A stretch of 64,000 nt of DNA from an uncultured Peptostreptococcaceae bacterium (GCA_964617505.1 CAZTZB010000006.1:2551-66550); one strand, 5' to 3'. Positions 39,516 through 51,907 are shown, counted from the stretch's first letter. Notes: generated from the sequence alone by a model not told the origin. Made by a program: numbers and translations.

Positions 39516-40145
39516 TTAACTGTTATGCTTCATCTTGAGATATATTCTAACTTTTCGGTAGGGATCCTCTCCCTCGCTCCTTGTGGATATATCCTCATTG
39601 CCCTGAAGCGCCGAATGAATGATTCTTCTTTCATATGGGTTCATAGGTTCAAGAACAACGTCTTTTTTATATTTTCTAGCCTTATAAGCTAGTTTTTCCG
39701 CTAATTTTATTAGCGTTTTTTCTCTCTTTTTTCTGTAATTCTCCGTATCGATTATAACCCTTATATATTCTTTTTTACCTTTGTTTACGACCAAACTTGT
39801 TAAATATTGCAGGGAATCCAAAGTGCTTCCTCTTTTCCCTATTAAAATCGCCATGTTCGGTCCTGATAAATCTAAATACAGAGTATTATCTTTTAGCTTT
39901 GCATCTATTTCTACTTTCTCTCCCATATAAATGAGTACTTCCTGTAGAAAATTTACGGCTAAATCTTCAGCATCAGCCTTTCTCCATACCCTTATAACTG
40001 CCTGTTTTGTATTTATCAAGCCAAGTATGTTTTTAGGCTCTTCCAATATCTCTATTTCAACTTCTTCTCTAGTAAGCATCAATTCATCCAAGGCGTTGTT
40101 TAAAGCCGCTTCAACAGTTCTTGCTCTCTTTTCCAATGATTGCAT
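39516..40145 (-). CDS. jag: Jag/KhpB RNA-binding protein (Jag_N, KH, R3H)
   Basis: KH-type GKRGSTLDSLQYL and R3H-type MNPYERRIIH are present. It sits in the conserved position after yidC. Confidence 0.85.
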   Translation of the reverse strand: MQSLEKRARTVEAALNNALDELMLTREEVEIEILEEPKNILGLINTKQAVIRVWRKADAEDLAVNFLQEVLIYMGEKVEIDAKLKDNTLYLDLSGPNMAILIGKRGSTLDSLQYLTSLVVNKGKKEYIRVIIDTENYRKKREKTLIKLAEKLAYKARKYKKDVVLEPMNPYERRIIHSALQGNEDISTRSEGEDPYRKVRIYLKMKHNS

Positions 40146-40151
40146 AAAACA

Positions 40152-40865
40152 TTACGCCTCCTTAACATTGCTTCTATGATTTAAGAAATATTGCTGTACC
40201 ATTTGGAATACATTGCTTACAGCCCAATAAAGAGTAAGTCCCGCCGGGAAGCTTACCCCCCAGAAAAGTATCATAATAGGCATCATTATGCTCATTGTCT
40301 TCATTGATTGAGGCTGCGTTCCGCCCTTTTGTTTTCCCGCAGACATAACCATCGAAAAATATGTCGTTACAGCCGCAATTATCGGTAAAATCCAAGGAAT
40401 TTTATTTCCCAATAACGGCAAGGAAAATGAAACAGTCAAAACGTCTGGATCTAAAAGGTTCGCCATCCATAAGAAGGGTGCGGATGTCGCTATGGCTGCA
40501 GCTGCAGCGTCTCCTGCAAAAACATATTCTATAGGTGTTCTTAGTGCTGCGAACAAGCCAAATAGAATCGGTAATTGTATCAATAGAGGCAAGCATCCGG
40601 CCATAGGATTTATATTATGCTCCTTATACAAACCCATTGTTTTTTCATTAAGAGTATTCTTGTCGCTTTTATATTTTTCCTGCAACTTCTTGAGTTCTGG
40701 CTGAATGTCGTTCATTGCCTTTGTCGATTGAAGCTGTTTGAATGTCAATGGCAAAAGAACTACTTTTATAACTACAGTAAAAAGAATTATAGCTATGCCG
40801 TAATTTCCCACCATACTGTAAAGAAAATGCAATAACGCTCCTAAAGGTTTCGCTAATACGCCCAA
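40152..40865 (-). CDS. yidC: Membrane protein insertase YidC/OxaA (short Firmicutes type)
   Basis: Motifs include NPMAGCLPLLIQLPILFGLF and PAGLTLYW. It has a TTG start after a GGGAGGA RBS. Confidence 0.9.
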   Translation of the reverse strand: MGVLAKPLGALLHFLYSMVGNYGIAIILFTVVIKVVLLPLTFKQLQSTKAMNDIQPELKKLQEKYKSDKNTLNEKTMGLYKEHNINPMAGCLPLLIQLPILFGLFAALRTPIEYVFAGDAAAAAIATSAPFLWMANLLDPDVLTVSFSLPLLGNKIPWILPIIAAVTTYFSMVMSAGKQKGGTQPQSMKTMSIMMPIMILFWGVSFPAGLTLYWAVSNVFQMVQQYFLNHRSNVKEA

Positions 40866-40895
40866 AATTTATCCTCCCGTTTAATCTGTCCGTCA

Positions 40896-41114
40896 TTATT
40901 TTAAAGGATCATACCCTCCCGGATGAAAGGGATGACATCTCAATATTCTTTTTATTCCTATATATGTTCCCTTTATTGCCCCGTATTTTTCTAATGCCTC
41001 TATTGTATATTGTGAACATGTTGGTATATACCGGCAACTTTTAGGCAAGAATGGAGAAATTGCTTTCTGATAAAATTCAACTATTTTTATTAAAATTTCT
41101 TTCATGCTAAACAC
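40896..41114 (-). CDS. yidD: Membrane protein insertion efficiency factor YidD
   Basis: [22 protein letters not shown]...[15 protein letters not shown] matches YidD. Confidence 0.85.
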   Translation of the reverse strand: MFSMKEILIKIVEFYQKAISPFLPKSCRYIPTCSQYTIEALEKYGAIKGTYIGIKRILRCHPFHPGGYDPLK

Positions 41115-41442
41115 CTGATTTTTTTATACCGGCTCTTTTGACAGCCTTTTCAAAGGAATCCTTAACATCTTTGTAGTCAGCTTCATTGATAGTAACCCTA
41201 GCTATAGCCACGACATCATATCCTTCTTCAATTGAAGGCTTCATATGTCTAAAAGATTCCTTCATTAGTCTTCGTGCCCGGTTTCTCTTTACGCTATTGC
41301 CTACCTTCTTGCTTGCTGTGAATCCTATTCTTGTTTCTTCTCTCGAATTTTTTCTATAAAACAATACAATGTATCGGCTTCCGACGGATTTACCCTTGCT
41401 ATATGTTTCCTTAAACTCATTACTCTTTCTAAGCTTGTTCAT
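41107..41442 (-). CDS. rnpA: Ribonuclease P protein component
   Basis: [22 protein letters not shown] is the RNR motif. I moved the start to the ATG at 41442 after a GAGGAG RBS; the track start of 41481 would cover the rpmH-rnpA hairpin. Confidence 0.9.
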   Translation of the reverse strand: MNKLRKSNEFKETYSKGKSVGSRYIVLFYRKNSREETRIGFTASKKVGNSVKRNRARRLMKESFRHMKPSIEEGYDVVAIARVTINEADYKDVKDSFEKAVKRAGIKKSGV

Positions 41443-41470
41443 TTTCCGCTCCTCGAAACGCCGTTTACAG

Positions 41471-41494
41471 AAAAAGACCACTAGAAGCGGTCTT
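41471..41494 (-). terminator. Weak hairpin/attenuator between rpmH and rnpA
   Basis: Minus strand reads AAGACC-GCTTCTAGT-GGTCTT followed by TTTC. It overlaps the rpmH stop codon. Confidence 0.35.
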
Positions 41495-41636
41495 AGGCAC
41501 TCAATTTCTTTCTTCCTTTTAATCTGCGTTTCTTTAATATGTTTCTTCCAGCCTTTGTTTTCATTCTTTTTCTAAAGCCGTGCTCGACTTTTCTTTGTCT
41601 CTTTTTGGGTTGGAAAGTACCAGTACCTTTTCTCAT
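41493..41636 (-). CDS. rpmH: 50S ribosomal protein L34
   Basis: My translation is [47 protein letters not shown] (47 aa), preceded by a GAGGAGGTG RBS. It falls below the ORF-track cut-off. Confidence 0.95.
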   Translation of the reverse strand: MRKGTGTFQPKKRQRKVEHGFRKRMKTKAGRNILKKRRLKGRKKLSA

Positions 41637-41711
41637 TTGAAACACCTCCTCAGCTTGCCCTGTATATATAATTTGAGTCCTTAATATTCTTTTCCGACTC
41701 TGCGCTTAGTA

Positions 41712-41740
41712 ATTATACCCTTATACACCCCTTGTGTCAA
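41712..41740 (-). promoter_or_regulatory. Consensus sigma-A promoter of the rpmH operon
   Basis: Minus strand reads TTGACA-N17-TATAAT, with both hexamers perfect. Confidence 0.7.
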
Positions 41741-42118
41741 GAAATAATAAGGGATTCAAGCCTTTAATGTCTTTGTGGATAAATGTATTATTTTTTTCAC
41801 TTCTTGTGGATAATTTTATTCTATTCAATTGAAAATCCTCCTTCATTTTGTTATTATGATTATGCCTGTTGATAACTTTTTAATTCTTTTTTTTTTACTT
41901 ATCAACATGCTTTGATAAAATACTGTTTATACTTTTCCATTTATATGAGTATTTCAATTAATCTAATTGTTGATATTATTTTCAAATGCTTGTTTATATA
42001 TAGTATTTTTAAATTTAATAAACATATTTCGGGCTACCTGATTAGGTTTCTGTTAATAATTGCAGCTTATACGATATAATCATTTTCAATAACAAATATC
42101 CATATTCAATGTGGAAAA
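41720..42118. other. oriC: oriC, upstream DnaA-box region (rpmH-dnaA intergenic)
   Basis: There are two perfect TGTGGATAA boxes (41774-41782 and 41805-41813). One-mismatch boxes are TGTTGATAA (41867-41875), TTATCAACA (41899-41907) and TGTGGAAAA (42110-42118). The sequence between them is very AT-rich. Confidence 0.85.
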
Positions 42119-42160
42119 CTTGTTTCAAAAATGCTTAAAGTATTTATAAGGAGGACTCCA

Positions 42161-43498
42161 ATGAATAGCAACATCAATGCATTTTGGGAAAAAACCCTAG
42201 AACTAATAAAAGTTGAATTATCTCCGGTCAGTTTCAATACCTGGCTTAAAACTCTCAGACCAGTACAATTGGACAAGGGTGTCTTTTTTCTTTCCGCTCC
42301 TAACAAATTTAATAAAGAAATTCTTGAAGCACGCTACTCTACATTAATAGAAAGCGCAATGAACCAACTTTCAGATGAAGCTCTTAAGATTGAGTTTATT
42401 CTTTCCGGCTCCGAATCCCAAAGCAAGGAAGATATAGACATTTTTTCCAATCCTTCATCTTCTTTTTCAAAGTCTTCCAATTTGAATCCAAAATATGTTT
42501 TCGATACATTTGTCATTGGAAACAGTAATCAATTTGCTCACGCAGCTTCTTTAGCAGTAGCAGAATCTCCAGCAAAAGCCTACAATCCTCTATTCATATA
42601 CGGGGGAGTGGGTCTTGGAAAAACTCATTTAATGCATGCTATCGGCCATTTCATTAAAAATAAAAATAGTGATTCCGAAGTTGTATACGTTACAAGTGAA
42701 ATGTTTACAAATGAACTCATAAATTCAATAAAAGACGATAAAAATGTTCTTTTCCGCAACAAATACCGAAATATTGATGTTCTTTTGATCGACGACATTC
42801 AGTTTATCGCTGGCAAAGAAAGAACGCAGGAAGAATTTTTTCATACATTCAACGCACTGCATGAAGCAAACAAACAGATAATAATTTCTTCCGACCGTCC
42901 TCCAAAGGAAATTCCCACCCTTGAAGACCGTTTAAAATCAAGGTTTGAATGGGGTCTTATAACAGATATTCAAGCCCCTGATTTTGAAACAAGGGTTGCA
43001 ATCCTTAGAAAAAAATCAGAAACGGAAAAGATTAAAGTTTCAGATGACATCCTTAATTTCATAGCCAGCAAGATTCGTTCAAACATACGTGAATTAGAAG
43101 GTGCCCTTACGAGAGTATGCGCTTTTTCATCCCTTACAAACAGAGAAATCAGTCCAGAACTTGCAAACGAAGCCCTAAAGGATATTTTTTCTACATCGCG
43201 TACAAAAGAAATAACAATTTCTTTAATAAAAGATGTTGTTGGCCGCCATTACGGAATAAAAAAGGATGATTTCGAATCTAAAAGGAGAAATCGATCTGTT
43301 TCTTTTCCCCGGCAAGTAGCCATGTATATATCTAGAGAATTGACCGATCTTTCGCTTCCAAAGATAGGTGAACAATATGGAGGAAGAGACCATACAACAG
43401 TTATTCATGCATACAACAAGATTTCAACAACAATAGTTTCCAACAATGAGGAAAAAATTAAAATACAAAGAATAATTAAAGAAATAAAGGGAGAATGA
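42161..43498 (+). CDS. dnaA: Chromosomal replication initiator protein DnaA
   Basis: [22 protein letters not shown], Walker A ([10 protein letters not shown]) and the domain IV sequence ([11 protein letters not shown]) are present. I moved the start to the ATG at 42161 after an AAGGAGG RBS; the track start is 42131. Confidence 0.95.
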   Translation: MNSNINAFWEKTLELIKVELSPVSFNTWLKTLRPVQLDKGVFFLSAPNKFNKEILEARYSTLIESAMNQLSDEALKIEFILSGSESQSKEDIDIFSNPSSSFSKSSNLNPKYVFDTFVIGNSNQFAHAASLAVAESPAKAYNPLFIYGGVGLGKTHLMHAIGHFIKNKNSDSEVVYVTSEMFTNELINSIKDDKNVLFRNKYRNIDVLLIDDIQFIAGKERTQEEFFHTFNALHEANKQIIISSDRPPKEIPTLEDRLKSRFEWGLITDIQAPDFETRVAILRKKSETEKIKVSDDILNFIASKIRSNIRELEGALTRVCAFSSLTNREISPELANEALKDIFSTSRTKEITISLIKDVVGRHYGIKKDDFESKRRNRSVSFPRQVAMYISRELTDLSLPKIGEQYGGRDHTTVIHAYNKISTTIVSNNEEKIKIQRIIKEIKGE

Positions 43499-43510
43499 TT
43501 GCTAAAATCC

Positions 43511-43660
43511 TGTTGAAAATTATTAAATAAATACAAAGTTATCAACAGGGTTTTTAAATCTCCAACCCCTTCATTTATAAAGCTTAGAATACATTTTCAA
43601 CAAATTAACAGGCCCTACTGCTATTACTACTATCCTTTTTCTATTAATATCATAAAAACA
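43511..43660. other. oriC: oriC, downstream part: DnaA boxes, GC cluster, DnaA-trios and AT-rich unwinding element
   Basis: The boxes are TGTTGAAAA (43511-43519), TTATCAACA (43539-43547) and TTTTCAACA (43594-43602). A GGCCC cluster lies at 43611-43615. Next come six 3-nt repeats, CTA CTG CTA TTA CTA CTA (43615-43632), which read TAG/CAG/TAA on the minus strand. An AT-rich stretch runs to about 43660. Confidence 0.7.
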
Positions 43661-43683
43661 CCCACATCAAGGAGGTCCCAATA

Positions 43684-44790
43684 ATGAAATTTATTTGTAG
43701 TGAAAAACAACTTGCAGGAGCAGTAAATATTGTACAAAAAGCAGCATCAAATAAAACTACATTGCCGATACTTAAAGGACTACTCATAGAGGCAAAAAAT
43801 AATTATATTAGATTAGTCGGAAATAATTTAGATATAGCTATCGAAAATGAAATAGAAGCTGACGTTTTGGAAAACGGAGCAGTAGTAATTTCATCCAGGC
43901 TTTTTGGAGACATAATAAGAAAACTTCCCGATGCAGATATTATAATTTCAACTGATGGAGACAATAATGTTCATATAAGTTGTGAGGGCTCAAACTTTGA
44001 CCTTATAGGACAAGCAGCAGAAGAATTTCCGTCTCTTCCAGAAGTTATTGATGAAAATATCTACACATTTGATAAAAATGTATTTAAGAATATGATAAGG
44101 CAAACAGCTTTTGCCGCTTCTATAGATGAAACAAGACCTATTTTGACGGGAGAATTAATTGAAATAGATGAAGGTAGGGCCTCAGTAGTTGCCTTGGATG
44201 GATACAGATTGGCAATAAAAGAAGTTATAGTTGAAGGAAATAAGAAGAATAAAGCCGTTGTTCCGGTTCAAACACTAAATGAAATTATGAAGATAATAGG
44301 AAATGATTCTGAAGGATCTGTATTGGTTTCATTTTCGGAAAATCATGTATTGTTTACAATAGATGGGGTTAGGATAACTTCGAGACTTCTCGATGGAGAT
44401 TTTATAAATTACAAGCAAATAATACCAAACGAATATAAAACACGAGTAAAAGTGCAAACCAAAGGTTTTTTGGATGGATTGGAAAGAGCTTCACTGCTTG
44501 CAAGAGAAGGTAAAAATAATCTTATTAAAATAAGCATTAAAGACGAAATAATGAAAATAAATAGCAATGCCGAAATTGGTAGTGTTGAGGAAAAGGTAGT
44601 AATTGAGCTCGAAGGAGAAGATATTCAAATAGGTTTTAATTCAAAATATCTTATTGACGCCTTGAGAGTATTGGATTGTGACGATGTTTATCTTGATTTG
44701 ACAACAAGTGTTAATCCCTGCATCATAAGGCCAATAGGACAAAAGGATTATACATATCTTGTACTTCCTGTAAGATTATCGGCTGAGTGA
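43684..44790 (+). CDS. dnaN: DNA polymerase III beta sliding clamp
   Basis: MKFICSEKQLAGAVNIVQKA...TLPILKGLLIEA, the three-domain length, and the position after dnaA all fit DnaN. Confidence 0.95.
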   Translation: MKFICSEKQLAGAVNIVQKAASNKTTLPILKGLLIEAKNNYIRLVGNNLDIAIENEIEADVLENGAVVISSRLFGDIIRKLPDADIIISTDGDNNVHISCEGSNFDLIGQAAEEFPSLPEVIDENIYTFDKNVFKNMIRQTAFAASIDETRPILTGELIEIDEGRASVVALDGYRLAIKEVIVEGNKKNKAVVPVQTLNEIMKIIGNDSEGSVLVSFSENHVLFTIDGVRITSRLLDGDFINYKQIIPNEYKTRVKVQTKGFLDGLERASLLAREGKNNLIKISIKDEIMKINSNAEIGSVEEKVVIELEGEDIQIGFNSKYLIDALRVLDCDDVYLDLTTSVNPCIIRPIGQKDYTYLVLPVRLSAE

Positions 44791-44825
44791 TTTTTTGTTT
44801 ATGTATTAATAATAAAGGAGATAAA

Positions 44826-45050
44826 ATGGAAACTGTATTTATAGATACGGAAATAATAAAACTTGAGCAATTTCTTAAGCTTTGTGGAGAAGTGGAAACC
44901 GGAGGAAATGCAAAGATTGTTATTGCCGATGGGCTTGTAAAGGTCAATGGAGAAGTGGAAAAAAGAAGGGGCAGGAAGATTAGAGATAAAGATATAGTGG
45001 AATTTCAAGGCAAGGAATTTAAAGTTGATTCCAATAAAAGCCTATATTGA
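44826..45050 (+). CDS. yaaA: S4-domain RNA-binding protein YaaA
   Basis: It is a 74-aa S4-like protein (IKLEQFLKLCGEVETGGNAK...VKVNGEVEKRRGRKI). The ATG at 44826 follows an AAAGGAG RBS. Confidence 0.8.
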   Translation: METVFIDTEIIKLEQFLKLCGEVETGGNAKIVIADGLVKVNGEVEKRRGRKIRDKDIVEFQGKEFKVDSNKSLY

Positions 45051-45077
45051 AAAGAAGGGTGAAAGGAAGCTGTTTTA

Positions 45078-46193
45078 GTGTATATTAAGAGTATTAAATT
45101 GATTAATTTTAGGAATTATGCTTGTATTTCTCTATCATTCCATAAAAAACTAAATGTTTTTTATGGAATGAATGCACAGGGAAAGACAAATATAATTGAA
45201 TCATTATATGTAGGTGGATTTGGAAAGTCTTTTAGAACATCCAACGACAGAGATATGATTATGATGGGAGAAGAAAATGCCTCATTGGGAATAAAATTCT
45301 TGTGCAGAGGGAGAGAGCAAAAAATAAATTTAAGATGGAAGGACAAAGGAAAAAAAGAAATAAGAGTAAACGAATCGAGTCTTGAAAAAATTTCCGACAT
45401 TTTTGGAAAAATGAATGTTGTTATTTTTTCCCCAGAGGATTTGAAACTGGTAAAGGAAGGTCCATCAGAAAGAAGAAGGTTCATGAATCGTGAAATTTCA
45501 AATATAAGTCCGGGATATTATCATCACCTATCACAGTATAATCGCATTTTATCTCAAAGAAATAATTTACTTAGACAAAATAAGTATAATAATATTTCTA
45601 TGGATTTATTAGATGTTTTGGATGAGCAATTGGCCATTGAAGGATCAAGGATTATTGAAAAAAGAAATATATTTATAAAAAGGCTAAACACTATTTCAAG
45701 GCTAAAGCATCGAAAAATAACTGGGAATAAAGAAAATATTGAAATTTTATATAAATCAAACATAAAAAATGAAGAAGAAAATGATGCAGAAAAAAGTAAA
45801 AAAATTTTTATTGAAACAATGAAAAAAAGAAGAGAACAGGATTTGGAGAGGGGATATACAAGCTGTGGTCCCCACAAGGATGATTTATATATAACGATAA
45901 ACGGAATAGATGTTAGAAATTTCGGTTCACAGGGACAGCAAAGGACAGCAGTGCTTTCCTTAAAACTTTCTGAAATAGATATAGTAAAGGCTGAAACTGG
46001 CGAATATCCAATTCTTCTTTTAGATGACGTAATGAGTGAACTTGATGAAAGCAGGCAAAGAGAATTAATAAAAAGCCTAAGAAACGTTCAAATATTCGTA
46101 ACAATGACAGAAATTTCTGAATTATTGAAAGAGGACATAAAAGATGGTAAGATTTTTTATGTAGAAGATGGAAGTACAATGGAAAAAAAATAA
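45078..46193 (+). CDS. recF: DNA replication and repair protein RecF
   Basis: IKLINFRNY, Walker A (GMNAQGKTNIIE), the signature SQGQQRT, and LLLDDVMSELD are present. It has a GTG start. Confidence 0.95.
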   Translation: MYIKSIKLINFRNYACISLSFHKKLNVFYGMNAQGKTNIIESLYVGGFGKSFRTSNDRDMIMMGEENASLGIKFLCRGREQKINLRWKDKGKKEIRVNESSLEKISDIFGKMNVVIFSPEDLKLVKEGPSERRRFMNREISNISPGYYHHLSQYNRILSQRNNLLRQNKYNNISMDLLDVLDEQLAIEGSRIIEKRNIFIKRLNTISRLKHRKITGNKENIEILYKSNIKNEEENDAEKSKKIFIETMKKRREQDLERGYTSCGPHKDDLYITINGIDVRNFGSQGQQRTAVLSLKLSEIDIVKAETGEYPILLLDDVMSELDESRQRELIKSLRNVQIFVTMTEISELLKEDIKDGKIFYVEDGSTMEKK

Positions 46194-46272
46194 AAGAGGC
46201 ATTTTGTATGAATTTTGAAGTAAAAAAAAGATAAAATATAGAAGATGAAAAATAAGCAAACAGATATTATAG

Positions 46273-48210
<1,938 letters not shown>

Positions 48211-48282
48211 AAAATGGATATTATTTAAAAACATGTTTGTTGAGTAAATTGAAGTAAGGCGTAAGAAATTGGGAGGAAAGCA

Positions 48283-50730
48283 ATGGAAACCATTGAAAAC
48301 AAAGATATCATTCAAGTAGACATCACAAAAGAAATGAAAAAATCATATATAGATTACGCAATGAGTGTCATTGTGGGACGGGCATTGCCGGATGTCAGAG
48401 ACGGACTCAAGCCTGTTCACAGAAGGATTCTTTATGCTATGAATGAGTTGAATCTTGATCCGAGTAAACCCCATAGAAAATCCGCACGTATTGTCGGTGA
48501 CGTATTGGGTAAATATCATCCACATGGTGATACGGCTGTTTATGATGCAATGGTACGCTTGGCCCAGGAATTTTCATCAAGGTATTTATTAGTAGATGGA
48601 CATGGCAATTTCGGGTCAATTGATGGTGATAGTGCTGCCGCCATGCGTTATACAGAAGTGAGATTGGCCAAAATTTCAAAAGAATTGCTTAGGGATATAG
48701 AAAAAGAAACGGTGGATTTTGTGCCAAACTTCGATGAGGAGCTTCTTGAGCCGTCTGTTTTGCCTAGTCGATATCCAAATCTATTAGTTAACGGTTCCAG
48801 CGGAATTGCTGTAGGAATGGCTACATCCATACCACCGCATAATCTTAGGGAAATAATAGATGCGACAATAATGCTTATAGATAATCCGGAGATTGAAATA
48901 AAAGAACTTATAAAAGTTGTAAAAGGTCCGGATTTCCCTACGGGCGCAATTATTATGGGAACTGACTTGATAAAGCAGGCCTATCGAACCGGTAAAGGGA
49001 AAGCGAGAGTTCGTGCTAGAATTGAACTCGAAGATATGAAAAGGGGAAAAGAAGCTCTTATAGTAACAGAGATTCCGTATATGGTTAACAAATCAAAACT
49101 AATTGAAAGTATTGCCGATTTGGTAAGAAATAAAAAAATAGAAGGAATTTCAGATTTACGGGATGAAAGCAATAGAGAAGGAATAAGACTTGTAATCGAA
49201 TTGAAAAAGGATGCAAATTCAGGAATAATCTTAAATAAGTTATACAAACATTCCCAATTGCAGACTACTTTTAGCATAATAATGATTGCTGTAGTAAATG
49301 GTGAACCAAAGACATTAAATCTTAAGGAAATACTCTATCATTACATCATCCATCAAAAGGATGTCGTGACGAGAAGGACGAAATTTGATTTAAATAAAGC
49401 AGAAGCGCGAGCGCATATTTTAGAAGGTCTCCGAATTGCATTGGATAATATTGATGAGATTGTGGCTTTGATTAAAAAATCTGCAAATGCCGAGGAAGCA
49501 AGAAAGCAACTTTCTGATAGATTTGCACTTTCAGAGATTCAATCGCAAGCCATATTGGATATGAGGCTTCAGAAGCTGACGGGCCTTGAACGAGAAAAAA
49601 TCGAAAGCGAATACATGGAGCTCATCAAAAAAATCAACAGCTACAAGGAAATACTTGCAAATGAAAGACTCCTTATGAGAATAATTAAAGAAGAAATCAC
49701 CGAAATAAGAGATAAATTCAGCGATGACCGTCGCACGGAAATAAGAGCGCAAGCCGAGGATATGAATGACGAAGATCTAATAGCTGACGAGGAAGCGGTA
49801 ATAACCCTGACGCGTTACGGCTATGTTAAAAGGGTTCCCAGCGACACATATACGAGTCAGAAGCGTGGAGGCAGAGGGAAAACAGGGCTTTCAACGAGAG
49901 AAGAAGATTTTGTAAAAAACATATTTACAACAACGACCCACAACTATATTATGTTCTTCACCAACAAGGGAAAGGTATATAGGATAAAGGCATATGAAAT
50001 TCCCGAAGCTAAGAGACAGGCCAAGGGAACGGCTATCGTAAACCTTTTGCAATTAGATAATGATGAAAAAGTGACAGCTATTATTCCACTTAAGGATTTC
50101 GAGGACAGTTCGTATCTGGTTCTAGCTACCCAAAACGGTATAATCAAAAAAACAGAACTCAGCCAATATGATTCTTCTAGAAAAACAGGACTTATCGCCA
50201 TTAATCTTAAGGATGGAGACGAGCTTATTGAGGTAATTATGACCGATGGAAAACAAGATCTTATGTTAGTCACAAAAAATGGGTTATCGATAAGGTTCAA
50301 AGAGGAGGAAGTTCGCAGCGTAGGAAGAAATACCAAAGGCGTCAAGGGAATCAAATTAAAAAAAGACGATCATGTGGTAAGTCTTGAAATAGCGGACGAC
50401 AAAAGAAAGCTGCTAGTTGTAAGTGAAAATGGATTCGGTAAACGGACTCGAATGGGCCTTTACAGGGTTCAGACTAGAGGTGGCCAGGGAGTCAAAACTT
50501 ATAATGCGACTAATGAAACAGGTCATCTTGCAGGAGCGATAGTAGTTGATGAGGAAGATGAATTGTTTATCATCAATTCTTCCAGTATAGTTATAAGATT
50601 GAAAGTGGATGAAATATCCACTATGGGAAGAAGCACTAAAGGAGTCAAGTTAATGCGGATAGAAGAGAATGATTCGGTTGTATCTATAGCGAAGGTTCTT
50701 GAGGCTGATGTGGAGACTGAAGATATATAA
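48283..50730 (+). CDS. gyrA: DNA gyrase subunit A
   Basis: [28 protein letters not shown], the [14 protein letters not shown], and the catalytic AAMRYTE are present. Confidence 0.95.
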   Translation: METIENKDIIQVDITKEMKKSYIDYAMSVIVGRALPDVRDGLKPVHRRILYAMNELNLDPSKPHRKSARIVGDVLGKYHPHGDTAVYDAMVRLAQEFSSRYLLVDGHGNFGSIDGDSAAAMRYTEVRLAKISKELLRDIEKETVDFVPNFDEELLEPSVLPSRYPNLLVNGSSGIAVGMATSIPPHNLREIIDATIMLIDNPEIEIKELIKVVKGPDFPTGAIIMGTDLIKQAYRTGKGKARVRARIELEDMKRGKEALIVTEIPYMVNKSKLIESIADLVRNKKIEGISDLRDESNREGIRLVIELKKDANSGIILNKLYKHSQLQTTFSIIMIAVVNGEPKTLNLKEILYHYIIHQKDVVTRRTKFDLNKAEARAHILEGLRIALDNIDEIVALIKKSANAEEARKQLSDRFALSEIQSQAILDMRLQKLTGLEREKIESEYMELIKKINSYKEILANERLLMRIIKEEITEIRDKFSDDRRTEIRAQAEDMNDEDLIADEEAVITLTRYGYVKRVPSDTYTSQKRGGRGKTGLSTREEDFVKNIFTTTTHNYIMFFTNKGKVYRIKAYEIPEAKRQAKGTAIVNLLQLDNDEKVTAIIPLKDFEDSSYLVLATQNGIIKKTELSQYDSSRKTGLIAINLKDGDELIEVIMTDGKQDLMLVTKNGLSIRFKEEEVRSVGRNTKGVKGIKLKKDDHVVSLEIADDKRKLLVVSENGFGKRTRMGLYRVQTRGGQGVKTYNATNETGHLAGAIVVDEEDELFIINSSSIVIRLKVDEISTMGRSTKGVKLMRIEENDSVVSIAKVLEADVETEDI

Positions 50731-50740
50731 TAAGAGTTAG

Positions 50741-50772
50741 AAAATCCGCATCTTACGATGCGGATTTTTTTT
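50741..50772 (+). terminator. Rho-independent terminator after gyrA
   Basis: AAAATCCGCATC-TTAC-GATGCGGATTTT is followed by TTTT. Confidence 0.85.
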
Positions 50773-50846
50773 ACGAAAGAGTAAAAGGTCTTAGCAAGAA
50801 AGCTAATCTTCTTTTCTATTAGGAATAAATAAAGAGAGGTACAGCA

Positions 50847-51530
50847 ATGGAAAAATATAAAAAAAGCATATTAGTCATTTATAGCCTTTTTGCAGTGGGA
50901 TTTCTATATTATATAGAGCAGATATTGCTTCCGGGCTATATTATAAAATCCATTTTTAAAATTTTGCTTTTCTTTGGAGGAAGCATGCTACTCCAAAGGA
51001 CTTTTATAAGAAGAGAAAAAGGCCCACGTGAAAAAACTAGCGTTATTTCTTTGAAAAAACTCGTTTTTTTAGGTGCGGCCGCTTTTATAGCGGTTCTTGG
51101 ATCGGCAACAGTTTTGAGTACGCAAATCAATTTGATAGCAATAAGCGAAGAACTTGAGACTGCACTTCATGTAAACTCGGGAAATTTCATTGCGGTAGGA
51201 ATATATATAATTATTGTAAATTCCGCACTCGAAGAATATTTTTTCAGAGGATTTTTATTTATGAATTTGAAAAAAGAATCTTTAATAGAAAGATTCTTTG
51301 CTTATATGTATTCATCGCTGCTTTTTTCTTTATACCATTTATCCATATTTAGTACATGGTTCGACCCTAGGCTTTTGGCATTATCCCTTGCAGGTCTTGT
51401 TATGGCTGGAACTCTTTTTAATTATTTGGACGAAAAAAGCGATTCAATACTATATTCATATATAGTGCATGCTTGCGCGGATGCTGCAATCATCTTGATT
51501 GGATTAAAAATGTTCAAAATTATACAATAA
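50847..51530 (+). CDS. CPBP-family (CAAX-like) intramembrane metalloprotease
   Basis: SALEEYFFRGFLF, FSLYH and a downstream H (YIVHACAD) lie within a multi-TM protein. Confidence 0.8.
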   Translation: MEKYKKSILVIYSLFAVGFLYYIEQILLPGYIIKSIFKILLFFGGSMLLQRTFIRREKGPREKTSVISLKKLVFLGAAAFIAVLGSATVLSTQINLIAISEELETALHVNSGNFIAVGIYIIIVNSALEEYFFRGFLFMNLKKESLIERFFAYMYSSLLFSLYHLSIFSTWFDPRLLALSLAGLVMAGTLFNYLDEKSDSILYSYIVHACADAAIILIGLKMFKIIQ

Positions 51531-51571
51531 AAAAATATCACATTTCACCTCAAAAATATACTTGCATACTA

Positions 51572-51600
51572 TTGACAAGATTGTATACAAATATTATAAT
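51572..51600 (+). promoter_or_regulatory. Consensus sigma-A promoter of the small Cys-rich ORF
   Basis: TTGACA-N17-TATAAT, with both hexamers perfect. Confidence 0.65.
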
Positions 51601-51633
51601 AAACACATAAAAGATTAAAAAGGGGTGCGTATA

Positions 51634-51777
51634 ATGAAAAATGCAAAGAAAACCGTTGATAAGAATAGATTGGAAAATAAAAAATGTGGCGCTATTACTT
51701 GCATACACAATGTAAACAATAAGTGCAATTTGAATTATTGTGATTTTTGTGAAAGATATATCGACAAAGAATATTAG
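51634..51777 (+). CDS. Unlisted small ORF: 47-aa cysteine-rich protein of unknown function
   Basis: My translation is MKNAKKTVDKNRLENKKCGAITCIHNVNNKCNLNYCDFCERYIDKEY. It has an AAAGGGGTG RBS, a perfect promoter upstream and a strong terminator downstream. Confidence 0.6.
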   Translation: MKNAKKTVDKNRLENKKCGAITCIHNVNNKCNLNYCDFCERYIDKEY

Positions 51778-51792
51778 GAATAAACAATAAAT

Positions 51793-51840
51793 AAAAGCCT
51801 CCGGTCTGTAAATTGCTACAGATCCGGAGGCTTTTTGTTT
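51793..51840 (+). terminator. Rho-independent terminator after the small Cys-rich ORF
   Basis: AGCCTCCGG-TCTGTA-AATTGC-TACAGA-T-CCGGAGGCT forms a 15-bp interrupted stem, followed by TTTTGTTTT. Confidence 0.85.
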
Positions 51841-51878
51841 TAAGTGAATGGATGATTTGGATTAAAGAAGAAATGAAA

Positions 51879-51907
51879 TTGCGTAGATGACTAATATATA
51901 GTAAAAT
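51879..51907 (+). promoter_or_regulatory. Possible sigma-A promoter of rsbV-rsbW-sigB
   Basis: TTGCGT-N17-TAAAAT. I could not find a convincing SigB-type (GTTTAA-N12-15-GGGTAT) element. Confidence 0.35.

Noticed and set aside
51023-51036. CCCACGTGAAAAAA inside the CPBP protease gene resembles half of a parS site.
   Set aside because: Only the right half matches. The left half (GGCC) does not, so it is not a palindromic parS.
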